Of a stretch of DNA of 44,200 nucleotides, positions 34,781 to 42,860 are shown piece after piece. The DNA is taken from the NCBI GenBank assembly GCA_002496355.1, contig DAJP01000092.1:1-44200 (forward strand), in the 5' to 3' direction. A program made the position numbers and the translations under genes. Positions within the stretch are counted from its first letter, which is position 1. Each line of letters starts with the position of its first letter. The notes beneath the pieces were generated by a model. It was not told the DNA's origin, did not search any database, and worked only from the letters and a program-made list of their open reading frames with translations. The stretch comes from Euryarchaeota archaeon UBA346. Lineage in GTDB: Archaea > Thermoplasmatota > E2 > DHVEG-1.

Positions 34781-35812
34781 ATGAAAGAGAAAACCGGAGG
34801 AGGTTTATTAAAAGAAATCGAAGATAGCATCATTGTGAGCAACCGCATCGATTCGAGGAAAGATGGACCATATCTCAAGGAATTACAGAACATCGATTTT
34901 CAACCAGTGTTTATCCTCGGAGTCCATCGATCCGGGACTAGCATCCTCTATAAAATGCTTACAGCCACCGGGGGTTTCAACCCGGTCACCGCGTATCATC
35001 TCATCAACTATGATGAGCTTCTCTATAACCATCATGAGAAAAAAGAACAAATCGCAAAACAGCGACTCACAGATTCTTTTCTCAGAAACGGGTTGACAGA
35101 TAGAGGGATAGACCGATTGATGATTACCGCGGATTTTGCTGAGGAATATGGGTTTTTACTTGGTGCCCAGACCGGACAGATGCGTATCACGCAAAAAAAC
35201 CTGGTATTGTTCACAGAACTATGCAAAAAAATCAAATTCATCGCAGGAAACCAGAAACCAATCCTCTTGAAGAATCCATATGATTTCCCCAATTTCCTGT
35301 ATCTCAGAAAAGTGTTCCCGAATGCGCGATTTGTGTTCATTCATCGTCATCCACTAAAAACGATAAGTTCCACGCTTCATGCAATCAGGACTTTATTAGG
35401 AGAAAAAAACCCGTACACCACCAGGTTATCCCGGACCTATGATCAGTGGTACGCAAATCCTTTACTGCTTCAGCCTTTACGATTTATTTTTCATTTTCTT
35501 GCGGAATGCTGTGTGGTTGTTCTCACCTGGAATATGAAAAAATCAACCAGGTATTATTTGAGAAACATAGAGAAATTATCAGAGAATGAGTACATCTCGA
35601 TAACGTATGAATCACTGTGTGATCATCCACAGGAAACCCTACAAAACCTCATGGAAAAGCTCCAATTAACGACGATGCAGACTTTAGATGCCGCAGCATT
35701 GATGAATCCTCGAACTGTGAAACTTGATACGGCTGTACAAAAACTTCAAAGCTATATCAATAAATCCTTGAGAGAATATTGTGATTTGTTAGGCTATACG
35801 ACCGATGTGTAA
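34781..35812 (+). CDS. PAPS-dependent sulfotransferase family protein
   Basis: The 343 aa product has FILGVHRSGTSILYKML (5'-phosphosulfate-binding loop) and RFVFIHRHPLKTISS (3'-phosphate-binding RxxxxxxS). It is divergent from the glycosyltransferase across a 75 bp spacer. Confidence 0.75.
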   Translation: MKEKTGGGLLKEIEDSIIVSNRIDSRKDGPYLKELQNIDFQPVFILGVHRSGTSILYKMLTATGGFNPVTAYHLINYDELLYNHHEKKEQIAKQRLTDSFLRNGLTDRGIDRLMITADFAEEYGFLLGAQTGQMRITQKNLVLFTELCKKIKFIAGNQKPILLKNPYDFPNFLYLRKVFPNARFVFIHRHPLKTISSTLHAIRTLLGEKNPYTTRLSRTYDQWYANPLLLQPLRFIFHFLAECCVVVLTWNMKKSTRYYLRNIEKLSENEYISITYESLCDHPQETLQNLMEKLQLTTMQTLDAAALMNPRTVKLDTAVQKLQSYINKSLREYCDLLGYTTDV

Positions 35813-35865
35813 GAGGGATTACATCTTTTATGCATCCAAGTACGGTCTTCATACTCTTCTTTTGT

Positions 35866-37104
35866 TTATGAAATCGTTTCCCATAAAAATCGGTGAATCG
35901 GGAAATCCTGATACCCGATGACTCCAATCCAGATGGTCTGATTTAAACCTTGGATGGTGACGTTTGATCGGAGTACCACTTGGAGTTGGTCAGGGATGAA
36001 GTGTTCCCCGAGCCGTGGTCGAAACTGTGTGAGCGGGATGAACATATCACCCTGCAGAAAGGTCGTACTTTGAGGTGTTATCAACCCATCCGACAGCGTC
36101 CCATTACTTATCATACGCGTCTTGGTCCCATCAGCACGGAATATTTGTACCGTAATATCCTTCGCAAGCAATGTCAGTTTATTTGGATTCGTTATTGTAA
36201 ACGTTATTTTATCATGCAACCCGTTTTTCAAGGTATATGTGTATTCTCCAGTGAGAGATGCTTCGGTTGGAAGATCCGAAAGGAGCTGTTCGATTCGAGG
36301 AGGAAGAATATCTGCTTCTAAGGAGACGTTCATTGGTTTTCTAATTCCAGCGATATAGATAACGATGGCTCCAGTCAGGGTCATTTGTAGTGTTTCTGCA
36401 TCTAATGCTTTAAGCAGAATCCATCCGTTTCCGGTGAGTTGCCTGGTTGTTTTTGCGGGGATACTCGCTCCCTGGATACTGACGGTTCCGACGGGGATTC
36501 CTGTTTCGGTTTTCATGTCCACTGAGAGGTTTTCTATGGAGATATCGATAGTGTTGGGATTGTTAATATCAATAATACCGGTGAAGTTGATGCCTTGCTG
36601 GGTGATATCACTGAAATTTGCGGCAAGATGGATAGAGGGGAGGTTAAATTGTTCAAGAATGTCATTAAGAGAGGTAACGATGGAGAATTTAAGGGGAAAG
36701 GTTTTTTTGATGATCCCGAAAAACATGGTGCCGAAATTCCCAGTGAGACGACTGGTTAGGTAAAGGGGAAATGAGCCGCCGAATCGGATGCTTGCTGTTG
36801 TGGTAAATGTCTTGTTCTCGTGTGCCTTGGTTTCGCCCCCAGGGATGGCAAGCTGGTTGATGGTATTCCCTTTCTCATCGACGGTGATCATCGTCAGATT
36901 TTTGAGGAGGATGGGAAACGGATTCTGGTTATTTATGGAGAGGGTGGTTCGGAGTATTGCTTCATCTGCGGTGATGTTGAGTATCTCAAGGGTGAGCGTC
37001 GTTTCCGGTATGTCCATTTGTTGGATGTCAAGGAAAAGAAACGCGCCTGCGACGATATTGAGAATCGTTGCTGCGACTAGGATGATGACGATTATTTTTT
37101 TCAT
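35866..37104 (-). CDS. Membrane-anchored protein with tandem LEA_2/WHy-like domains
   Basis: The 412 aa product has an N-terminal TM helix followed by repeated beta-sandwich-like units. Examples are LEILNITADEAILRTTLSINNQNPFPILLKNLTMITVDEKG and IDINNPNTIDISIENLSVDMKTETG. Confidence 0.6.
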   Translation of the reverse strand: MKKIIVIILVAATILNIVAGAFLFLDIQQMDIPETTLTLEILNITADEAILRTTLSINNQNPFPILLKNLTMITVDEKGNTINQLAIPGGETKAHENKTFTTTASIRFGGSFPLYLTSRLTGNFGTMFFGIIKKTFPLKFSIVTSLNDILEQFNLPSIHLAANFSDITQQGINFTGIIDINNPNTIDISIENLSVDMKTETGIPVGTVSIQGASIPAKTTRQLTGNGWILLKALDAETLQMTLTGAIVIYIAGIRKPMNVSLEADILPPRIEQLLSDLPTEASLTGEYTYTLKNGLHDKITFTITNPNKLTLLAKDITVQIFRADGTKTRMISNGTLSDGLITPQSTTFLQGDMFIPLTQFRPRLGEHFIPDQLQVVLRSNVTIQGLNQTIWIGVIGYQDFPIHRFLWETIS

Positions 37105-37239
37105 AGCTCCCGTTTTTGTGAGAATATGTTTATATTTATAAGATATTTTTTATATTAATATACTTTTTCTCCAGGGCCATCTCTGTAAAAACAGGTTTTT
37201 TTCACATTTGAAAAAAAATGAAAAGAAGAACGTGTCTCA

Positions 37240-37689
37240 TTACGTTTTCGGACTTTTTCTTTTCGAGTAATATAGGATATCAGTATGTTTTGTATATCCA
37301 AGCTGTTCGAACACCTGCATGGAAGTGGTGTTCCAATCTTCGATGAGGCAAGCAACGATGTCGATCCCCTGTGCTGAAAAATGATGTTCGACTTCTTCGA
37401 CCAATCCCTTTGCGATGCCTTTCTTGCGATACGAGGGGGCGACCACCAGTCGATTGATCCATCCTTTCCGCCCATCATGTGTCCCGACAATAGCCCCGAT
37501 AATCGTTTTATCAGTCACTGCAACAAGAAAATGACACGCGGGTTGTTTCAATTGTGCTGCAATGTTTTTTCTACTGTCACGACCCTGCGGTCGATACGGG
37601 ATGTTGCCCTTCTTCCATAAAGCGATGACCGCATCATAGTCTTTGAGAGTCATCGCCCGAAAGGTCACTTTGATGTCTTGCTGTTTCAT
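37240..37689 (-). CDS. GNAT-family N-acetyltransferase
   Basis: The sequence MKQQDIKVTFRAMTLKDYDAVIALW...GWINRLVVAPSYRKKGIAKGLVEEVEHHF contains the RxxGxA motif A. I prefer the ATG at 37689 over the one at 37734. Confidence 0.8.
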   Translation of the reverse strand: MKQQDIKVTFRAMTLKDYDAVIALWKKGNIPYRPQGRDSRKNIAAQLKQPACHFLVAVTDKTIIGAIVGTHDGRKGWINRLVVAPSYRKKGIAKGLVEEVEHHFSAQGIDIVACLIEDWNTTSMQVFEQLGYTKHTDILYYSKRKSPKT

Positions 37690-37770
37690 AGGATTCCTAT
37701 ACCAACGCTTGATTGTATGAAAAGAATGAAGCATACTTTTTTGAACGTTTCTATCCGCTCGGTCATGATT

Positions 37771-38760
37771 TCACATGACCTGGGGTCGAGCAATCGTACG
37801 ATAAAGGATCATATTTGATGCAACCAGACCAATGATGGGATATAACAGGAGGAATCCTGCTAAGGGTGCGACGCTCATCAAAAGAATCGGTATATTGGAC
37901 CAGTTAATCGTATATTGAAGCACAACATATTTTCGAACCTCTTGTCGGAGGAAGTTTTTGAGATGAATCATTTTGTATGTCACAATAAAAAAGAGGATGT
38001 TAAAAAGGATTAGAAGAAGAATCAATACAACATGCAGTGTGACCACTCCAAAAAGAAGAGGCAAAAAAATACAGAGTACATAGAGGGTTCCTAAGGTATA
38101 TGCGATGCGTCGAAATGATGAGGGAATACAGAAGATGCCATGTTCCACTCGGACTCCGAGTCGTGTCGAAAGATGTTGCGACTGAACCAGATAATCATGG
38201 TCTGCATCTTTGATTCCCCCAGCGATGAGGTTCAGGTTGAGGGTCTGCAGAAACGCAAGGATGCATAAGATACCAATCAGGGGTGTGAATTGGAAGGAGA
38301 CGGTCGCGGCACCGAACATCACACCGACCATGACTGAGGCAGCAAGGACGAAATCCATTCCACTGATTCGTTTACTGTACAAATCATATAACACCGCAAG
38401 AAAAATCCCAAATAGATACAGAATGAGGAGGATCACACCATAAAAATACAGCGTTAATAAACACCCTAAGAATAATACTAGCAGAATGTAGAGAAGTGCA
38501 TTTCTCTCTGAGATACTACCGCTTGGTAAAGGTCTTTTATTAGTAGAGGTGATAAGACGATCAACCTCGATGTCAACATAATGGTTAAACGCAAAACCAA
38601 CAATGTGCGCAGAAAGCCCAATGAGGAAAAGCATGGTCAGCAGGAACAGGTCTTTCTCACCTATCGCAATCGCACCGGTGAGGGGGATAATCGCAGTGAG
38701 AAAAATGAAATGAGCACTGGATAATTTGGCGTATTCAAAAACCGTGGTTTTTAGACTCAT
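37771..38760 (-). CDS. UbiA-family prenyltransferase (paralogue 2)
   Basis: The 329 aa polytopic protein has FNHYVDIEVDRLITSTNKRPLPSG (first Asp-rich motif) and IKDADHD (second). Its size and layout are the same as the UbiA at 2462..3472. Confidence 0.85.
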   Translation of the reverse strand: MSLKTTVFEYAKLSSAHFIFLTAIIPLTGAIAIGEKDLFLLTMLFLIGLSAHIVGFAFNHYVDIEVDRLITSTNKRPLPSGSISERNALLYILLVLFLGCLLTLYFYGVILLILYLFGIFLAVLYDLYSKRISGMDFVLAASVMVGVMFGAATVSFQFTPLIGILCILAFLQTLNLNLIAGGIKDADHDYLVQSQHLSTRLGVRVEHGIFCIPSSFRRIAYTLGTLYVLCIFLPLLFGVVTLHVVLILLLILFNILFFIVTYKMIHLKNFLRQEVRKYVVLQYTINWSNIPILLMSVAPLAGFLLLYPIIGLVASNMILYRTIARPQVM

Positions 38761-38901
38761 TCACACCTTTAGCCCCTATTCCTCTATAGAATGATAAAAA
38801 TGAACACCTATTTTACTGCTTGGATAACACGACACATATGGAGAGTACTCTTAGCCTTCGTCATGTTCCCTTGGTTTTTTCTATGACCGTATGGTATTGT
38901 C

Positions 38902-39066
38902 TTAGAGAAACTGGGAGAACAATCCAACGACATAATCCAAACCGATGAGAACAAGCGCTATGAGCGCTATAAGAAGCAATATCCACAGAGCGAATTTCAA
39001 CAACTTCCAAGCGACAAAGACAATGATGATTATTGCAATGAGCGCGAGCCATATTGGGATAACCAT
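38902..39066 (-). CDS. Possible small two-TM membrane protein (54 aa)
   Basis: I read this from the reverse strand in a frame not listed in the track: MVIPIWLALIAIIIIVFVAWKLLKFALWILLLIALIALVLIGLDYVVGLFSQFL. It lies 11 nt after the lipoprotein stop. It looks more protein-like than the listed overlapping ORFs 38861..39076 and 38945..39136. Confidence 0.4.
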   Translation of the reverse strand: MVIPIWLALIAIIIIVFVAWKLLKFALWILLLIALIALVLIGLDYVVGLFSQFL

Positions 39067-39077
39067 TTTCTATCACC

Positions 39078-39416
39078 TCATTGCTTGGTCAACACGAATG
39101 ATGCTCCTTGGTCATTGCTCAGGAGGAGCTGATTAGATTCAGGAAAGCTATAATTTAATGTAATCCCTGAACCGCCAGATAAGAAGGTTATTTTCTGATC
39201 TGCAAGAGAATAGTCATAAACTCCTGAGAGAGAAAAAAACCCAAGGGGTCCACTCCCTGTAATTGTCACTTTGTTCTTGGAATCAAAGGTCATTGTCACA
39301 CTCTCATCTTGAGTTTTCCAGGTTCCAATGAATTTGCTTTTTTCATCTAGACAACCACTCAGACTACACAGGCAAAGAACCAATACAATCCCAACTACAC
39401 CTAAAATTTTTTTCAT
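39078..39416 (-). CDS. Small predicted lipoprotein
   Basis: MKKILGVVGIVLVLCLCSLSGCLDEK is a signal peptide with a lipobox-like LSGC. It is followed by a roughly 90 aa beta-rich domain (FIGTWKTQDESVTMTFDSKNKVTITG...). GAGGA lies upstream of the ATG at 39416. Confidence 0.65.
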   Translation of the reverse strand: MKKILGVVGIVLVLCLCSLSGCLDEKSKFIGTWKTQDESVTMTFDSKNKVTITGSGPLGFFSLSGVYDYSLADQKITFLSGGSGITLNYSFPESNQLLLSNDQGASFVLTKQ

Positions 39417-39719
39417 AGTTTCCTCATCGATTGCATTTCTCTTGATATTTATATAGATTGTGTAACACATAATTGTTAAGGCGCGGAATAAGGAGGAATG
39501 AAGGTCAGGCAACAAAGAATGTTACATCAAACGTATGATCGAAACCATTCCTCTGACAAGTATTGTTTTTTCCTTTGTTCTGAAAATTTTATAATTGATA
39601 CGTATAAAAAAATCCTTTCTGCAATAATTTATATGTATCAAAACATTTAAATCGGAGAATCAGCATTTAAAATATTGGAAGTATCTTAAAACACCTAGAT
39701 TAGGGAGGCGAAAAAAAAT

Positions 39720-40730
39720 ATGAACAAAAAAGCAATATTAATAGGAGCGATGCTTCTATTTGGAGCTAGTGTTTTTTCTACGATAACAAGTGCCCAGAAC
39801 TATAAGCCGGGAACCGGTATCTCCTCACGAGGGTTTTTCTGGTCGGATAATTTTGATTCCTATACCTCAGGCAGTCTCCTGGGTGGGCAAGGTGGATGGT
39901 TCCCCTGGGATAACGACCCTGCCGCTGATGCAAATGTCACCAATGTTCATTCCCATAGCCCTGCAAATTCAGTGGAGATCAAGGGCGGATGCGATATGGT
40001 TCATCAATGGGAAAATGTGAACTACGGGAATTGTACCTTCCGGGTCTGGGCATATGTGCCATCTGATTTTGATGGATCTATCTACATCATCCTGTTAAGC
40101 CTTTATAATGGTGGTTCCTCGAAATGGGATCTGCAGGTCCACTTCAACTCGGCAACCCTCATGCTTGAGGATTACGACAGCAGCAATGCGACACCCTACG
40201 TAATCGACGGATGGGGAGAGGTTCGAGTGGAAATCGATTTTGTCAACGATTGGCAAAAAGTCTACTACAATGATCTGTTGTGGCTTTCCAAGAGCTGGAC
40301 AGAGGGTACCAGTGGTGGCGGTGTCCTTGCTCTCAACGCCGTGGATCTCTGGGGTGAGAGTGGAACCTCTATTTACTATGATGATATCTCTGTCTGGGGG
40401 CTGGAGGCACCCTCTCAACCAGAATTGGAAATCGGACCAGTCACTGGTGGTTTTGGCCTGAAAGCATCAGTCAAGAACACAGGCATTGGTGAGGCGACCA
40501 ATGTCGTTTGGAACATCACCCTTGATGGTAAATTGGTGTTCCTTGGAAAATCATCCACGGGAGCCTTTGCAACCATCGCACCGGCTGGTGAAGAGGTCAT
40601 AAAAGCAGGGTTTATTCTTGGGTTTGGGAAGACAAACATTGTTGTCTCAGCAACCTGTGACCAAGGGAAAACAGCGGAAAAGACCGCGAGTGGGTTTGTC
40701 CTTGGGCCTTTCCTTCTTGGAGTCAAATAG
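39720..40730 (+). CDS. Secreted protein: jelly-roll/LamG-like N-domain plus a roughly 100 aa C-terminal domain shared with the two neighbouring genes
   Basis: The signal peptide is MNKKAILIGAMLLFGASVFSTITSAQN. The C-terminal domain reads EIGPVTGGFGLKASVKNTGIGEATNVVWNITLDG...GFGKTNIVVSAT...ASGFVLGPFLLGVK. The leader sequence is TAGGGAGGCGAAA. Confidence 0.7.
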   Translation: MNKKAILIGAMLLFGASVFSTITSAQNYKPGTGISSRGFFWSDNFDSYTSGSLLGGQGGWFPWDNDPAADANVTNVHSHSPANSVEIKGGCDMVHQWENVNYGNCTFRVWAYVPSDFDGSIYIILLSLYNGGSSKWDLQVHFNSATLMLEDYDSSNATPYVIDGWGEVRVEIDFVNDWQKVYYNDLLWLSKSWTEGTSGGGVLALNAVDLWGESGTSIYYDDISVWGLEAPSQPELEIGPVTGGFGLKASVKNTGIGEATNVVWNITLDGKLVFLGKSSTGAFATIAPAGEEVIKAGFILGFGKTNIVVSATCDQGKTAEKTASGFVLGPFLLGVK

Positions 40731-40743
40731 ACTCCTCCATCTC

Positions 40744-40759
40744 TTTTTTTTTTTCTTTT
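40744..40759 (+). terminator. T11-C-T4 run after the secreted-protein gene
   Basis: The sequence ctcTTTTTTTTTTTCTTTTac begins 14 nt after the stop at 40730. Confidence 0.5.
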
Positions 40760-40802
40760 ACAGAGATAGATCCGAAGTAGAAATGAGGATTTTTTGCAAT
40801 AT

Positions 40803-41288
40803 CTAGATGCGGACTCCAACTACGAAAAATAGCAGTTTGAATCCTCGAGCTGTTTGGGTCACCGGCTCACCCCCAGGGTATTCGACAGTGATCGTGATCT
40901 GCAGTCGTCCGATCCCCAGGGGGATCCGGTCGGTCATCACCGCGGTCGTGGATTGTGTGGACAGCGTGCTGATGGTACCTGTGGAACGCAGATCAATCCG
41001 TTTGAGGATCCCACCAGTCACAGAGATGCTCCAGTTGACAGATTCTGCGTCTTTGTCACCGGTATTCTTTATATCAGCGGAGATCTTGTTGATTCTCCCG
41101 CGGATGTTTTCAACCACTAGCCTGGGAGCTCCTTCATTCGCATCAGGGGATTTTGGTTGTGTCTCCCCCGGGTTGGTGGTGAAGGATGGGACGAAATCCT
41201 GGAACGTGAGATACCCTAACCAGTATAGCCCACCGGATAACAGCAGGAGAACGACAATGATGATGGCAGCGATAGTCCGTTTTTTCAT
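40803..41288 (-). CDS. Membrane-anchored paralogue carrying the same C-terminal domain
   Basis: The N-terminal TM anchor is MKKRTIAAIIIVVLLLLSGGLYWLGYL. The domain reads NIRGRINKISADIKNTGDKDAESVNWSISVTGG...LGIGRLQITITV...ARGFKLLFFVVGVRI and aligns with the domain of 39720..40730. Confidence 0.65.
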   Translation of the reverse strand: MKKRTIAAIIIVVLLLLSGGLYWLGYLTFQDFVPSFTTNPGETQPKSPDANEGAPRLVVENIRGRINKISADIKNTGDKDAESVNWSISVTGGILKRIDLRSTGTISTLSTQSTTAVMTDRIPLGIGRLQITITVEYPGGEPVTQTARGFKLLFFVVGVRI

Positions 41289-41517
41289 ATTTTATTACGA
41301 CTCTTTCCCATATTTAAATTGGATTTCCCTATATATAAATCTGTGGAGTGATTTTGAAAGAGGGAAAAATGGTGGGGGACTGTCCTCTTGATAGTTGAAT
41401 CAATTTTGTGTAGAAAGGCAGTTCTGTCGATTTTTCTTCTTTGTTATCGGAGATTTATCTAAAGAAAACATTAATATATTATTCCAGATATTTCGATTTA
41501 TATTTAGGAGGCGAAAT

Positions 41518-41880
41518 ATGAAAAAAACAATCATGTGTATGTTGGTGTTCTCATTACTAGGCTCTTGTATGGTAACCCAAGCGATGGCATCTCCTGAAAT
41601 TACAGGAGTACGTGGCGGATATGGTGTGGCTGCTATGGTCGTTGACGCCGATGGTTTTGATTGGGAAATCCAGCTCACCGGATCTCATATTTTCCAAGGA
41701 TCAATCACTGAGGGAGCACTCGCTGGGGACAACACGACCACAATTCGAACACCCATTTTTCCCCCCGCTCTAGGAGTTGGGAAGATAAACGTCACTGTAT
41801 CATTGATCTTTATTTTCCCGCTGGTTGTTGAAGAACGCACTGCTTTCATGCTTGGGCCATTTGTGCTGTTCATGCAATAA
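41518..41880 (+). CDS. Secreted single-domain paralogue of the same family
   Basis: The signal peptide is MKKTIMCMLVFSLLGSCMVTQAMA. The domain reads EITGVRGGYGVAAMVVD...LGVGKINVTVSL...RTAFMLGPFVLFMQ. The ATG at 41518 is preceded by TAGGAGGCGAAA. I reject the ORF-track start at 41395. Confidence 0.65.
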   Translation: MKKTIMCMLVFSLLGSCMVTQAMASPEITGVRGGYGVAAMVVDADGFDWEIQLTGSHIFQGSITEGALAGDNTTTIRTPIFPPALGVGKINVTVSLIFIFPLVVEERTAFMLGPFVLFMQ

Positions 41881-41980
41881 GCATTCCGAACACCTGCTGA
41901 GCGTAACAAACAGGGAAAGGGATTCGTTTTTCCTCCTTACTTTTTTTCTTTGTATAAGTTACATATATTCCTAGCATGAT

Positions 41981-42739
41981 ATGTTCCGTATGTTCAATGA
42001 TAGATCTGTAAAAAAAATCGATGCTTCATTCACAAGTATACGTCGACTGTCCCTTTTGCTCATCATCACGGTGTTGTGTTATGCGTGCGCGTTTTTCGTC
42101 CCACTTTTGTTCTTATATCAAATAGCGCGGTTTCTTAATTTTAGCTATATTCCGCATCTCTTTCTGTTTAGCGTTTCTATTGCTGTTTCATACCTTATTC
42201 TTGTGTTTTCAATGATGTGTTTCTCAGCGTTTTTTATCCGAGTATTGCGTGTGCGATACACAGAGGGAGAGTATGGGACAACAATTAAAGATAAAATATC
42301 GTTTAAATTCATCCAGAGTTACGCGTTATATTTCCCCACATACAAAGTGATAGGTTTTTTAAACATCCCCCCCGTAAAAGTATTATTTCTCAAAATGATT
42401 GGCTGTAAGATAGGAAAAAATGTTGTCCTTGCTGGAGACGAATGGATATTTGACCCATATGTCACAGAAATCGGGGATAATACGACGATTGGAGCCCGTT
42501 CGATCATCACCGGTCACATCGGTGAGGGGCACCTCATCATCAAAAAAATACGGATAGGCAAGAATGTTCTGATTGGAGGTGAATGTTTTATTATGCCTGG
42601 AGTGACCATTGAGGATAACGTGGTGGTGGGTGCAAAAAGTCTTGTGCTCAAAGACACAGTGCTCAAATCAGGTAGAAGGTACGCAGGGGTCCCGGTCCAT
42701 GAGATCAAACCCAAGGAACCTGGAGAAATCCAGCAGTGA
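41981..42739 (+). CDS. Membrane-anchored hexapeptide-repeat (left-handed beta-helix) acyltransferase
   Basis: The N-terminal roughly 90 aa contain 2-3 TM helices. They are followed by IGKNVVLAGDEWIF..TEIGDNTTIGARSIITGH...IRIGKNVLIGGECFIMPGVTIEDNVVVGAKSLV, the LbH [LIV]-G-x4 repeats. Confidence 0.8.
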   Translation: MFRMFNDRSVKKIDASFTSIRRLSLLLIITVLCYACAFFVPLLFLYQIARFLNFSYIPHLFLFSVSIAVSYLILVFSMMCFSAFFIRVLRVRYTEGEYGTTIKDKISFKFIQSYALYFPTYKVIGFLNIPPVKVLFLKMIGCKIGKNVVLAGDEWIFDPYVTEIGDNTTIGARSIITGHIGEGHLIIKKIRIGKNVLIGGECFIMPGVTIEDNVVVGAKSLVLKDTVLKSGRRYAGVPVHEIKPKEPGEIQQ

Positions 42740-42860
42740 TTCATTCGAGGATCTGTGCCAAGACTCTTTTAGGTTCCGCTAAGGAAAAACATGATTAGAA
42801 GGGTTAAAGATATGTACATAAATAATCGGATGATTCTGTTTCTTGTAAGGTGAATAGAGT

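Noticed and set aside
38861-39136. The listed ORFs 38861..39076 (-) and 38945..39136 (+).
   Set aside because: Both translations are Cys/His/Arg-rich or otherwise unprotein-like. A different - strand frame (38902..39066) gives a clean two-TM mini-protein, which I prefer, though with low confidence.
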